DNA of 64,000 nucleotides from an uncultured Planctomycetota bacterium (GCA_963823665.1 CAWGMQ010000004.1:1408001-1472000), one strand, 5' to 3'; positions 10,929 to 23,504 are shown, counted from the first letter of the stretch. Program-made: numbers and translations. Notes: generated from the letters alone by a model not told the origin.

Positions 10929-11384
10929 CTACTCGACGATCTCTTGAAGTTTGCGACTGGGGTGCAGGGGCTGTCTACCGGCGTAACCGGCATCGAGGTC
11001 GTGCCAGAACGACACCTCGGGCTCACCGAGGCGCCAGCACAGAAAAACTTCGCGTCCATCCATCATCGAATAGAAATCGCACAGGCCATCTGGCCCTTTG
11101 TATTCCACGCCCAGCTTCCTCAATTCCTCGAAATAGGCGACGAGCTTCCTGTTTTCTGCATCGAGCTCGGCCTGGAACTGGGCGATCTCCTCCGCATACA
11201 GGTCGTTCGACGGGCGGCTCCGTTCCTTCGTCAGCGTCGAAAGCCGCTGCTGCAATTCCTCAACGATCCTATCCTGGCGCACAATATCGCTGACGATCAT
11301 CTTGACCAGCGGCAAGGCTTTGTTGGCCTCCTCGACAGTGTAGTACTTCCGTTTCTTCCCCGCGGACGGCTTGGCTGGGGCCAT
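10929..11384 (-). CDS. DUF2203 domain protein
   Basis: YTVEEANKALPLV...GLCDF...VFLCWRLGEPEVSFWHDLDAGYAGRQPL signature. Confidence 0.88.
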   Translation of the reverse strand: MAPAKPSAGKKRKYYTVEEANKALPLVKMIVSDIVRQDRIVEELQQRLSTLTKERSRPSNDLYAEEIAQFQAELDAENRKLVAYFEELRKLGVEYKGPDGLCDFYSMMDGREVFLCWRLGEPEVSFWHDLDAGYAGRQPLHPSRKLQEIVE

Positions 11385-11686
11385 ATTTTTTCCCCTGGAA
11401 ATTCGATGAGTGCGATCAATCCGACAAGATTCCCTCCTGGAAAACGAACAACCCCCCTCCTGGCTGCACGCTAGTCCGAACCGACTTTCCGTTCAAGACC
11501 ACCGCACCCGGATTGTCGTCATAGCCGCATTTTACATCCCAGAACAGTCAGACGGCGGAATCGTTCCGCGGGGATGAGGGCGAGAATGATCCACGCACTC
11601 ATCCCTGTTCGCTCATAGTTATTATAGGATGCCGCCGACCCCCCGCAAGTGCTGGTCCGTGTCACGGCTCGGAACTATCGACTCGA

Positions 11687-13417
11687 TCACGGGCTGCGGT
11701 GACGTGATTTCGCAACTTGCCGCGTCATGGTTGCAAGCGGAACGGTGTTCCAGACATCGCCCTTCGTCAGCCAGCCGCGGCGAGCGACGGTCACTCCATA
11801 TTCTAGATCGTCCAAACCCCCGGTCGAATGTGCGTCCGGATTAATTACAATCATCACCCCCTTCTGCCGCGCCCGGCGGCAGTGAGCCGCATCCAGGTCC
11901 AGCCGGTGCGGATTGGCGTTGATTTCGATCATCGTTCCGGCGGACGCGGCCGCATCGATCACCGCGTCAAGATCCACGTCATAACCATCCCGCGCCAGCA
12001 AAAGCCGCCCGGTCGGGTGCCCCAGCATCGTCACGCGTGGGTTCGACGCCGCACGCACCAGCCTCCGCGTCATCGCGTCACGCGCAAGCCCGAAACTCGA
12101 ATGGACACTCGCGACAACATAATCGAACCCCTCGAGCAGTTCGTCCGGGTAATCGAGCGAGCCATCCGGCAGAATGTCGCACTCTGTCCCCTTGAAAAGG
12201 TGAAACTTCCCTCCAAAGGATCGATTGAGCTGGTCGATCGCCTCCCATTGCTCACGTACCCGCTCGATCGAAAGCCCCCCCGCATAGGCCGCCGACCGCG
12301 AATGATCGGCGATTCCCAGGTACTGCATTCCCCGTTCTCTTGCCGCTAGAGCCATCTCCTCGAGCGTCGCCGCTCCGTCGCTCCAGTCGCTATGACAGTG
12401 AAACGTACCCGTCAGATCGCCGAACCCGATTAACTCCGGCAGCTTACCTGCTTCGGCCGCCTCCATCTCACCGCTGTCCTCCCGTAGCTCCGGCGGAATG
12501 TCGTCAAGCCCAAGCGCCTTGAAAACGTCAGCTTCGGTCTTGCACCGAACGTCGCCCTTCTCTCCGGAAAGCGCATACTCATTCAGAGAAAGCCCGCGTG
12601 CGATCGCCCGCTTCCGCATCGCAATGTTGTGTGCCTTCGAGCCGGTGAAGTAATGCAGCGCAAACGGAAACTGTGCGTCCGTTACCCCCCGCAAATCGCA
12701 CTGCACTCCCTCAGCCAGCCGCACGCTTGCCTTCGTGGGCCCATGCGCCAGCACCGTCGCCACCTGGGGCAGCTTCACGAAGGCGTCAAGAACGACTGGA
12801 ACCTTCTCCGAGCTGATCAGGATGTCCAGATCCCCGATCGTCTCCGCCCGCCGCCGCAAACTCCCGCACACCTCGATGCGGATCACGTCGGCGTGACTTT
12901 TCAACCGCTCCACGATCGGCCCCACCAATCGCCGAGCCGTGCTCTGCAAGATCCGCTCGCCCGCCTTCTCCACGAATTCAATCCCGGCGACGATATTTGC
13001 CTGGGTCTTCTCGCCGAATCCTTTCATCTTGGCAATTTTCCCGGACTCGGCCGCCGCCCGCAGGTCCGCCAGGCTGTCAATCTTGAGCTCGTCGTGCAAG
13101 GTCTTGATCTTCTTCGGTCCTAATCCGGGAATGCGCAGCAGCGCCACGAGTCCTGCCGGCATGCTTCGCTTCAGCTCGTCATACGACGCAAGTTGTCCCG
13201 TCGTCGCGAGCTGAACGATCTTGGAATACATCGTCTCGCCAATGCCGGCAACCTCTTTCAAGCTCCCGTCCGCGATCATGTCGCGCAAGTCGGCGGGCAG
13301 ATTCCCGAGCGACTGTGCCGCCGTATGGTAAGCCCGGCAACGAAACGGATTCTCACCCTTGATCTCCAGCAGTGTCCCCATCTCATCGATGATCTGGGCA
13401 ATTCGTGCGGTTTCCAT
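11687..13417 (-). CDS. polX: DNA polymerase X / PHP 3'-5' exonuclease
   Basis: GENPFR..AY, IPGLGPKK HhH, GSLRR.AETIGDLD, YFTGSKAHN, and a PHP domain HCHSDWSDG...DHS...GHPTGR...DAH. Confidence 0.95.
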   Translation of the reverse strand: METARIAQIIDEMGTLLEIKGENPFRCRAYHTAAQSLGNLPADLRDMIADGSLKEVAGIGETMYSKIVQLATTGQLASYDELKRSMPAGLVALLRIPGLGPKKIKTLHDELKIDSLADLRAAAESGKIAKMKGFGEKTQANIVAGIEFVEKAGERILQSTARRLVGPIVERLKSHADVIRIEVCGSLRRRAETIGDLDILISSEKVPVVLDAFVKLPQVATVLAHGPTKASVRLAEGVQCDLRGVTDAQFPFALHYFTGSKAHNIAMRKRAIARGLSLNEYALSGEKGDVRCKTEADVFKALGLDDIPPELREDSGEMEAAEAGKLPELIGFGDLTGTFHCHSDWSDGAATLEEMALAARERGMQYLGIADHSRSAAYAGGLSIERVREQWEAIDQLNRSFGGKFHLFKGTECDILPDGSLDYPDELLEGFDYVVASVHSSFGLARDAMTRRLVRAASNPRVTMLGHPTGRLLLARDGYDVDLDAVIDAAASAGTMIEINANPHRLDLDAAHCRRARQKGVMIVINPDAHSTGGLDDLEYGVTVARRGWLTKGDVWNTVPLATMTRQVAKSRHRSP

Positions 13418-13438
13418 CGGGCGTCCCCTCTCGGCTCC

Positions 13439-14775
13439 TCACCTCGATTTCGGCGGACGCGGCGTCATTCCCAGCAGCGTCTGCGGCGTCTGATACTGAA
13501 TCTCGCGCACATAGGCCATGGCCTGCTGGTGGTTCAGATGTCCCAGCTCGATCCGCTGGGCCAGCACGTTCGCCATCACCTTGCGCCGATCACAACCTTG
13601 GCATAAGACCACTCGACGCAATACGCGTCAGAGAAGAACCCGATCTGTTTGTTCGCCGGTACCATCTCGAGCCGCTCGTGCATCACCTGTGCAATTGTCG
13701 ACGGAAAAAAGTTATGCCACCAGTAACCGGCCAGGCTCAAGTTCGGCAGCTCGCGCACCAGCGTGCACATCGAATGGTTGGCGTGGCGAGAACCAAGGAA
13801 GCACTGAAATTTCAGCTTGGGATGCCGCCCGATCATCTCCGCGACCTGCCCGATGGTGCGCTGCGAAAGCCGGCTCGCAGTCTCGAACGGAAGCGGCTCG
13901 GCCCCGAAGCTGAACTGAAAGATCAGTTGCTCGCCGCGTGCTTCGAGCATGGTCAGGAAGAGCTCGTTCACATAAGACGCGTAACAGTCCCGCTCGGCCG
14001 GCCCCGCGTGACTGCGCCGCTTGATCGCAGCCGTCATCTCGGCATCGCTCACGATGCGATAGTCGATGTCGGTTGAGAGGTGGGTCGCCGTGGCGATGAT
14101 GCGATCGTACGGAATGCTTTCGACATAGTGCTTGACCGCCTGGTGCACGTCATCAAGGCACTTGATCGTGTGCTCGGTGGCCGGTCTCGGGCCTGCTCCG
14201 ATCGGAGCCGGGCTCTCGGGCGTTTTCCCCCAGCAACGTTCCAGCTCGTAGAGCGCTGTATCGAATTCGCCCCACTGGCAGCGCGTGAAGAATCCCCATT
14301 CGAGGGAGTATTGCAAGCGGCTGTCGTCCGATCCATTCCCGCGCCGGGCAAGCTCGGTGCCCGTGCGCTCGATACCTGCCCGGTCCAGTACCTGGGTTGC
14401 CCATGATCGATCGTCGGCCCGCTCGCGAATCATCGCATCGAGCTTCTTCCAGTTCGACTGGTCCAGCGGTGCCGACCATCCGTAGTGGTGGCGGAGAATG
14501 ATCCGCAAGCCCCAGTAAGAGGACGTGTTCTGGATGAACGGCAAGTAAGGCAGGGCCTCTTCGATCCGCGCTGTGGCTTCGGCGCGCGACGGCCAGCCGG
14601 GAAACTGGGTCAGCCGCGCTCCGTTCGGGCAGCCCGCGGCGTAGAGATCGCTGACGACCATGTGGTAGAGCAACAAGTCGTGCAGCCCTCGCGCAGCCAG
14701 CTTCCCGCCGACCAAGTGCGTGTGCACATCCAGAATCGGAATCTCAGCCAGCGACCGTTCCAGTTCGAGACTCAT
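13439..14775 (-). CDS. Amidohydrolase-superfamily protein, glucuronate isomerase (UxaC)-like; frameshift near 13590
   Basis: DVHTH metal motif, AGYWWHNF (compare UxaC GAAWWFND), GFFSDA; C-terminal RKVMANVLAQRIELG lies in the 13439-13621 frame. Confidence 0.7.
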
Positions 14776-15012
14776 GACCCCCTCCAGCGAGGAAGCGCAC
14801 AACGCGCGGATGAAAGCACAAATCGCAGCGCATTCTACTCGCTGAGCGGATGCCGCAAAACGACTTAGTGATTTGAGCGGTCCCAAGCCGATCATTCGAG
14901 CCGAGCCAGATCCCACCATCCCGCCGCAATCCAACACTTCCCCCAACCAGGCCCGAGCATTACGATTAGATCGATAGGCCACCGCCCAGAACCCGTTCCG
15001 AGCCCCCTATCC

Positions 15013-15615
15013 ATGCCCGACGCAGTTGACCAAACACCACGCGACGTCTCGGCACTCTTCGATCGCTACCAAGAGCGATTGAGACGCACCGTGCGGCTCC
15101 GCCTGGACGCGCGCTTGGCTGGCATTGTTGATTCCTCGGGCGTTCTCAAACTGGCGCGTGAAGAAGCCGACCATCGCATGGCCGGGCTCGCTGAAAAATC
15201 CGCCGCCTCGTTCCTCTGGCTCCGGCAAATCGTCGGCGAAGTGCTGCTGAAAGTCCATAAAGAACGACTGGGCCCGGACTTTCGCGGCGATATCTCCCTC
15301 TACCGTGGTGCACTCCCCGAAGCCACCTCGACCTCGCTCGCCGCCCATCTTCTGGGCAAGACCGGCGGCGCCGACGACCTGGCCGCCGCCCGCGCCGAGC
15401 AAAAACTCCTGCTCCAGGAAACACTCAACGCCATGGACCCGATCGATCGTGAAGTTCTCACATTGCGCCACTGCGAACAGCTCTCCAACGACGAAGCCGC
15501 CGCCGTCCTGGAAATCTCGACCGCGCAGGCAAGCGAAGCTTACATCCGCGCCCTCAAGCGCGTGAGCCTGATCATGGCGTCATTGCCTGCTTTCAAGAGC
15601 AAGCGCCTGAACTGA
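15013..15615 (+). CDS. ECF RNA polymerase sigma factor (kinase-associated planctomycete type)
   Basis: LFDRYQERLRRTVRLRLD region 2; MDPIDREVLTLRHCEQLSNDEAA...YIRALKR region 4; 12 bp upstream of the kinase. Confidence 0.85.
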   Translation: MPDAVDQTPRDVSALFDRYQERLRRTVRLRLDARLAGIVDSSGVLKLAREEADHRMAGLAEKSAASFLWLRQIVGEVLLKVHKERLGPDFRGDISLYRGALPEATSTSLAAHLLGKTGGADDLAAARAEQKLLLQETLNAMDPIDREVLTLRHCEQLSNDEAAAVLEISTAQASEAYIRALKRVSLIMASLPAFKSKRLN

Positions 15616-15627
15616 AAAGGATCGACC

Positions 15628-18600
15628 ATGCCGGATGGTGGAACAGACCGCAATCCCGTCGAGCTCCTTTCGGAGGAATTCCTCGATCGCATCCGCCGCG
15701 GCGAGGCGGTCACACCCGAGGACTACGCCGAGCAGCACCCCGATCTGGCCGACGAGATCCTCGCGCTCTTTCCAGCTCTCTTGATGATGGAAGACCTGGG
15801 CGGCGAGACCGGCGACCTCACCGCCTCGTTCGGCTCATCCTCCCCGGCGCAATCGCCGGCGCAACCGCCGGTCATCTGGGAGAGTTCCGCTTGCTGCGCG
15901 AGGTCGGACGCGGCGGCATGGGCGTCGTGTACGAAGCCGAGCAAGAATCTCTGGGCCGCCGCGTCGCACTCAAGATCCTCCCCTCCGGTGCCCTCAGTGA
16001 CTCGAAGCAAGTCCGCCGTTTCGAGCGCGAGGCCCGCTCGGCCGCTCGGCTGCATCACACCAACATCGTCCCGGTCTTCGGCGTCGGCGAATGCGAAGGC
16101 ATTCATTTTTATGTCATGCAGTTCATCCAGGGCCAGGGTTTGAACGCCGTTCTGGATGAGCTCAAACGGCTGCGCGACGCTCGCGTTGCCACCCCCGCCC
16201 GTGCCTCGACCACCCGCCACGCCCAGGCGAGCCCAGCCGCGGCCGAGATCGCCAACTCGCTCGTCACCGGGCGATTCGCGGCCAGCACCGGCACGGCAAC
16301 CACGCCAACCGGCGAGACCCCCGGGCCCTCCTGGATCGGTCCACCCGTGCCCCCCAAAACAGCGGCCGGGCAGCTCGACGCATCCTCTCCAAGTGTCACG
16401 GCGACATCGAGCGTCTCAACCCTGTCGGAAACCGACCGCCGCTACTTCCAGGGCGTCACGAAGATCGGCCTCCAGGTCGCCGAAGCGCTCGCTTATGCCC
16501 ACGGTCAGGGAGTCCTGCATCGCGATATCAAGCCGTCGAATCTGCTGCTCGATCGAGACGGCAACGTTTGGGTTACCGACTTCGGTCTTGCCAAGGCCAC
16601 CGGGTCCGACGATCTGACGCATACCGGCGACGTGATTGGCACCGTGCGCTACATGGCCCCCGAGCGGTTCCGCGGCGAGAGCGACGCGCGATCTGATCTT
16701 TACGCACTCGGGCTCACGCTCTACGAGATGCTGGCCTTGCGCCCTGCACTTGACGAAGCCGACCACGCCAGCTTGATGCGCCAGGTGACGCAGGTCGAGC
16801 CGCCTCGACTCAAGCGATTGAACGCCCGCGTGCCACGCGACCTCGAGACAATCATTCATAAGGGCATCGCGCGAGAGCCCGCCCAGCGGTACCCCTCCTC
16901 GGCCGCGATGGCCGACGATCTGCGCCGGTTCCTGGAGGGACGCCCGATCCTGGCGCGCCAGGTTTCCCCAGCCGAGCGTGCCTATCGCTGGTGTCGCCGG
17001 AATCCGATCGTCGCCGCGCTGCTTGCGATCGTCTCGGGTCTGGTCGCCGCCGGGTTCGTCGCCGCGGTCGCCGCGGCGGTCTATTTTCGACAAACCGCAG
17101 CGAGCGAGAGCGCCGCGCGGCGCGATGCCGACCTCGCCCGCGCTCAAGCCGATCGAGCGCGCGAACAGGCCGTCGCCTCAAGCGCCGAGGCAGAAACCCG
17201 GCGGAAGGAGGCTGAAGCCAGCACGGCGGCCGCCATCCAGAAACAGCAGGAAGCCCTCGCCAGCTTCGCGCTGGCGCAATGCCGTCGACGATTCCTTCAC
17301 GAAAGTCAGTGAAACCGCACTCCTCAATGTTCCAGGCGTGCGGCCCCTTCGCCGTGACTTGCTCGAATCGGCGCTTGCATTCTACGAAGAGTTTCTCAAG
17401 CGCCGCGGCGACGACCCCAGCATCCTCGCCGATCTCGCCGCGACCCAGTTCCGCGTCGGCATGATCCTTGCCGAGCTCGGCGATGACGCCAAGGCACGCA
17501 CCACTCTTCGCAAAGCTGCTGCGCTTTACGATCAGGCCCTCGCCGCCAGGCCCGGCGATGTCGAGATGCTCGAACGCCAGGCAGAGGCCTGGCACCGGCT
17601 TGGTGACCTCGACTATCGAACCGATCCGGCAACAGCCGGCGCAGCCTACAAGAAGGCGGTCGCAATCCGCGAGCAGCTCGCCAAAGACCATCCCCAGGAC
17701 CCGCGGTTTCGGATGGCTCTCTCTCGATCTTTGAACGGCGTGGGGCTATGCGCCAGTCGAGGCCCGGCTGCACTTCCGGCCTACCGTCGCTCGCTCGAAC
17801 TGCGGTTGAAGCTCGCCGAGGAGATTCCCGGCGACGCCGATCTGCTCCACGGCTTGGGCGAGTCGTTCCACAATCTCGGCGCCCAGCTCATGACCTCCCC
17901 GGAACACGCGCTCGAGCTCTTCAAACGATCGATCGATTACTGTCAGGCGGCCCTCGACCGGCGGCCCCACGACCTCGAGTTCGCAGGGGATCTCGGAGCT
18001 TCGTATTCAAGCGCCGCGAATCTCTGCTGGTTCCAGGACCGCCGCGATGAAGCTTTGGCATTGTACGCCGATCAGGTTGCGCTTTATCGCAGGCTCGCGA
18101 GTGAAAACCCGGACGTCCCCCTTTACCGAATGCTTTTGGTACAAGGAATGTTCACGAATGCGCGATACTTGAGTCAGGCGGGCCAAACCGAGAACGCGAT
18201 GTCGCTGTTCCGCGAGCTCGCCGAATCAGTCGAATCCCAGCCCGAGTCGGCGGCAGCCACCTATCACTTTGCCATAGCGTCCCACATGCTCATCGCCGAA
18301 ATTCTCCTCGGCGACCACGCCGACTCGGATATCGATTTCTGGCCCGAACCCGCCCGTCATGAGGCAGACCTGGCCGTGGCCGACTTGAGAAAGTCGATCG
18401 ATCGCGGCTTTCACAACGCCGCCGTGCTGCGCCCTTCCCTTGAACAAAGCGCTCATGAAACGAGCCGATTTCCGCGCTCTTGTCGCCGAGATGGATGCCC
18501 AGCCAAACCGTCGGTGGCCCAGCAGCCCGCAGACACCCCGCACAAGCCACCCTTGAGTTCCCCACTAGACCACCCCGGCAGGCTCGAAGAGGATCAATTC

Positions 18601-21600
18601 CTCGGTGAGCTGACCATCGGCTTGCTCGAGAACAACCCCGGAAACCCCACAGCCGACGGAACCTCGCCACTGGAAGCGATGCTCGCGCGAGTGGAAAGCC
18701 GAATGAAGGCCGGCGCCAATCTGCCGGCCCTGGAAGCGGCCGCACGCGCGCTCCGTTCGAAGATCGGCGAACGGCTGTGGAAACTCGGCGAGCTCGCAAA
18801 GGCCGAGCGCATGTGGGATGAGAGTTTCAAACCAGCGGCTGCGCTGAAACGCGAAAAGCAGGTCCCCGAGCCCGTCGCTTCTCCGCAAGCCGCGTTCGGC
18901 GGGGCCGCAATCGTTGATCTCTACTTTGAGCGCGGTTCTCTGGGAGCAGGCCTACGCGTGGCAAGAGCGATTCAGGCCCTCGAGCCCGGCAGCCCGGGCG
19001 GCCCGCTGCTATTCGTCCGGGCTCCTCGCGCTTTACCGGGGCGACCTGGCCGCATTCAAGCAGATCGCCGCTGAAGCAATCTCGACCGCCGGGCAACCCA
19101 ATGATTCAATGGCGTTTGACGCGGTGCGCACCGCTGCGCTCGGTCCGCCGGGCACCGCTGACACCGACCAGGCCGCGGCCATCGTCAAGCGGCTATTGGC
19201 CATCCGGGCCCGCGGCTTGCCCGCCTGGTATCACGTCGTTCTCGGGCACGCCTTGCTTCGTTCCGGGGACGCAACGGGTGCCCTCACCGAGGTCGAGCCA
19301 TACAAAAACGGATTGAACGGCAAGGCCGTCATGCCTTTGATCCGCGCCGCGCCGGCCGATCCGACGTCGCCCGACGCTGGCTCGCCGCCCTCGACCGCGA
19401 CCTCGAAGACCAGGTTCACGAAGCTACGGATGCCTACGGCGCTCTCCGCGCGCCACGCTACTGGGGCGCCGATGTCCTTCGCGCCGATCTGCTTCGCCGG
19501 GAGGCCTACGCAGCGCTCGGTGAAAAGGCCCCCGAGCTACAGTCCCTTCGCCTCCTTCGCGCCGACTCGCTCCACCGCCTCGGCAAGATGAAGGAAGCCG
19601 AGATCGAATTCGATGCAGCCGTCGCCGGGGCGCCCGACCAGGTTGCTGCACTGCTCAAGCGAGCTCACACGCTCGAGAAGCTCGGCCTGCGCAATCGTGC
19701 CGACGACGATCTCGCACGTGCCTCGCAGGTCGACCAGAACGACCCGCGGCCCTGGGTCCTGCGCGGAAAGCTCCTCGCCGGCCGCGGCCTGGGAAACGCA
19801 GCCGACGAGGCGTATGCTCATGCCCTTGCGCTATCTGCAAATCGCTTGGATCCCTTTATCGAGGCCGGCTGGTGGATTGCCGGGCCCTTTCCGCCCGATA
19901 TGAGAATCTCCCAGGGGGTCGAGGACGATCCTGACCCCTCCCGGCCGATTTCCGGCGCCAACCTCGAGACCCTCGAATGGCGTTCGGTTTCCGCCAAGCG
20001 CAATCGCCTGGTGAACCTGGGCTTCATTCACGACCAGCCCAATTCATCCGTTTATGCGCTCACGCACATACCCTCGGATCGCGAGCGCACCATCATCATA
20101 TTCTTTGGCGGCGGCCGGACCGTTCGCATCTGGCTCAACGGGCGTATCGTGTTCGAGCCCGACTTGCCCAACGTCTATCATCAAGGCACCGAGTACTCCG
20201 TCCCGGTCGCGCTCAAGCCCGGCCGCAACACGCTGCTGGTGCGTGTGAGCGATCCCTCGAGCAGTCACTGGCTGCGATTGCGTACCGACGATTACGAGCT
20301 CGATCGCGCGTGGCTCTCCGCAGACTTCGGTCGCTTCGACGAAGCGGCTGATCTGTTCGACGCCGCCGGGCGTCGCGGGCAGCTTTACCAGTCGTTCCCC
20401 ATGGCTCGCAAGGTCCAGTTCCTGGCCGGGCTCGGCGACCGCAAGCGCTACCTCGAGTCGGCCGCCCTCTTGGCCGATTGGGACGGACCCTCGGCGATCG
20501 ACCCAGGTTCGACCGCGCTGGCGCTCGAGCTCATTCCCAACGATCTGATCTCCCCGGATCGCTTGATCGAACTGGCCCGGCAGGCGGCAGGCACAGCATC
20601 GGCGGGCAGGCTGCAGCACGACGTCGTCGGCCTGGCTCTCTACCGCGCGGGTCGCTATCGCGAGGCCCTCGATTACTTGCAAGCCCATCGAGGCAAGGAC
20701 GAGAAGCCCCGTCCCGTCGAAGGAATGGCCTTGTGGCACCTGGAAAACAGAGCGACGCGCGCGAAATCCTCGCTGAGCTCGATAAAGGTTTCGAGAAATG
20801 GGCCGGCCCGGGCGAAGGCGGCCACATAACCACATGGTGGAACTGGTCAGCGCTCGGCACGATGTACTTGTCCGTGCGCCGCGAAGCCCACGAGCTCATT
20901 GACGGCCACGCCCTCGACGATCAGCGGGTGCTCGCGAAAATCCGCGCTGGCATCGATAACTTACTCGACCAGCGCGACTCGCCCACCTGGGCTTTCGACG
21001 TGGTCGTCCGGCTCGATCCACAGAATGTCCCACTTCGCACCGCACGCTTCGGCCGGCTGCTCGAAATCGGCAGGGAGCCCGAAGCCGAGCCGTTCCTCGC
21101 CACAATGGTGAAGAATAAGGCGGACAAAATCGGCGCGTGGATCGAGCGCGGCATGTTACTGGCACGTGCCGGGCTGGCCGACCGTGCTGCGGCCGATTTT
21201 GCTGCTGCGCTTGACGTGGTCCCGCGCAATCCGATCATCTACGGCCCGCGTGCATCGATCTGTGCGACGCTGGCCACCGAGCCGGCGGCCTACGACCGGC
21301 TTCTCGCCCTCCGCGGGCACGATCCCGTTCTCTGGTACGTGTGCGCCTGTGAATCGGTCAGACGAAAAGACTGGAAGCCGGCCGTTGCCGACTTCATGCG
21401 TGGCGGCGAGCCGTCGGTGCCGAACGAGTTTGCATTCACATACGGGGCATCACTCCTTCTTGCAGGAGATCAGTCGGCCTTCGCGCGTTATGTCGCACGG
21501 CAAGCCGAGCTGCTGAACTCCTTGAACAATCCCGCAGCCCCTTATGTGCTGGCGAGAATCGCTGGGCTTTCGAAAGTGGGCGTGATGCCGTCAAAACAGC

Positions 21601-22013
21601 TTGTGGAATTGGCTGACTCCGCGGCCGCGAAGGCAAGCCCCGCGACCGCGTGGCATCGGCACGTCCAGGCCCTGGCTGCCTTCCGTGGTGGTGACCTGGC
21701 TCGAGCCGAGCAACTGGCTGACGAATCAAGTCGCCTTGCCTGGCTACACTCGCAGGGTCTCAATGACGTGCTGCTCGGTCTCATCAATCGGAGCCAAGGC
21801 AAAACGGCTCTCGCCCGCGCTCGACTCGACCATGCCTCGAGGACGCTCGGCCGCGCTCGCCCGGGCAGTGCGGCCAGCACAGCCGCGAACGGCAGAGTGA
21901 TCTTGCTCGACTGGCTGGAATTCCAGGTGCTGGGCCGCGAGCTCGAGCAAGCCCTCTTCGACCAAGCATTCCCGGCGGATCCGTTCACACGTTCTCTAAA
22001 GTCCAAAATCTAA
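15628..22013 (+). CDS. Giant membrane Ser/Thr protein kinase with TPR repeats and a beta-sandwich domain (~2100 aa), split by several frameshifts
   Basis: GRGGMGVVY, VALK, HRDIKPSN, DFGLA, GTVRYMAPE; TM segment after RRNP; TPR-like helices; WWIAGPF...WLNG...LKPGRNTLL domain; FPADPF end. Frame switches near 15843, 17277, 18440/18500, 18937, 19348 and 20743. Confidence 0.8.
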
Positions 22014-22651
22014 AATTGGCACAGCCATTGGCGCATCGCCGCCGGATCCTCTCCAAACATCAATGACCCCGGCACAATCCAATCCCCGCCCGCTTCGGCG
22101 ATCTGCGGCACGGTATTCCGCCGAATCCCTCCATCAAGTTGGATCTCGACCTCGGCGTCGTGCGCGTCAATCGCCGCCCTCGCCGCCCGGATCTTCTCGA
22201 AGATCTCGGGTTGCATGGTCGTCCCTTTCGTCCCCATCGGCGTCCCCACGATCGTGACCTGATCGATCAGATTCCAGTAGGGATCGAGCACGCTCACCGG
22301 CTCGGTCACCAGCAGCGAGATGGCCACGAGCTTTCCCAGGTCCTTCACCTTCTTGATCGCCACCGCCGGATCTTTGAGCGAGTCAAAACAAAATATCACG
22401 CCGTCGGCGCCAGCCTCGGCAAATGGCTCGACCCACGCCAAAGGCTCCGTGGTCATCAAATGCACCTCAAATGGTTTGGCCGTATGCTTGCGCAGCGCCT
22501 TCACCAAGTCAGGAAAAAACAACATGCTCGGCACGTAATGCCCGTCGGCAACGTCCAGATGGAACCGTTCCGTATACTCGTCAACCCGCCGGATCTCCGC
22601 GCCCAGGTTCGAAAGATCCGCCGACCACAATGATGCAGAACACTTCAACAT
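22010..22651 (-). CDS. rpe: Ribulose-phosphate 3-epimerase family protein
   Basis: SLWSAD, HLDVADGHYVP, EVHLM, LDGGI, VPGS motifs. Confidence 0.88.
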   Translation of the reverse strand: MLKCSASLWSADLSNLGAEIRRVDEYTERFHLDVADGHYVPSMLFFPDLVKALRKHTAKPFEVHLMTTEPLAWVEPFAEAGADGVIFCFDSLKDPAVAIKKVKDLGKLVAISLLVTEPVSVLDPYWNLIDQVTIVGTPMGTKGTTMQPEIFEKIRAARAAIDAHDAEVEIQLDGGIRRNTVPQIAEAGGDWIVPGSLMFGEDPAAMRQWLCQF

Positions 22652-22682
22652 AGAACACCCTCACTGGATGATGCATCGACCG

Positions 22683-23504
22683 TCAGGCGCGCTCGTCCAC
22701 CCGAAACCGCCTGAGCACAAAGCCATCGATGGCCTTCTTCACATCCGCCGCATGCCGGTCCACACTCACCGATTTCGGCGTGACCTCACAGAATTCGCAT
22801 CCTGGTATCAACCCGGCCAACGTCTCAGCCAGCTCCCACGGATGAATCGGATCGCGCCGGTTTCCCAGCACCAGCGTCGGGACCTTGATGGTCTTGTAGC
22901 GCGCCGGGTCAGGGCAGGGGGTATCGACAACCAGCCGTGACAGCCTGGCGGCGCACTCTTCGGCTCTCGGCTGTTCGAACTGGCCGATCAACGATTTGGC
23001 GCAATCCGGCGAATCACGCTCCATCGCAGCGTATTGCTCTGTGCGGTGAAATTGTTCGAGGCCCTCCTTCGCGCCCACCGTGCGCAGCAGCTCGGCAATC
23101 GTCGTGAACAGCCACACGTTCTCCGGCAGCGGGTGGTCAATCCACGCGGGTCGAGAAAGCACCAGTCCCAGCACGCGCTCCGGATGCCGCAGCGCCAGGT
23201 TCACTGAGGCCGCTGCACCCAGCGAAATTCCACCGATCACGGCGCGCTCAATCTGAACATGATCGAGGAGCGCCACGAGGTCATCAGCCAGGCACTCGAT
23301 CGTGAGCTTCGTCTCGTCACCGAGCGGGCGGGTCTCTCCGTGACCACGAAAATCCATTGAGATCAATCGCACGCCGGGGGCCGGCACGTATACTCCGACC
23401 GCCGCAATAAGGTCACCACCCAAGCCGTGCTGAAAAACAAAGGGTAAACCCACGCCGGCGTCGCGGTATTTGAAATTCAGGCCGTCACGATGGAGGACCG
23501 GCAT
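22683..23504 (-). CDS. Alpha/beta fold hydrolase
   Basis: QHGLGG oxyanion motif, DFRGHG, GISLG nucleophile elbow, DPIHP; start overlaps the upstream epimerase. Confidence 0.88.
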   Translation of the reverse strand: MPVLHRDGLNFKYRDAGVGLPFVFQHGLGGDLIAAVGVYVPAPGVRLISMDFRGHGETRPLGDETKLTIECLADDLVALLDHVQIERAVIGGISLGAAASVNLALRHPERVLGLVLSRPAWIDHPLPENVWLFTTIAELLRTVGAKEGLEQFHRTEQYAAMERDSPDCAKSLIGQFEQPRAEECAARLSRLVVDTPCPDPARYKTIKVPTLVLGNRRDPIHPWELAETLAGLIPGCEFCEVTPKSVSVDRHAADVKKAIDGFVLRRFRVDERA

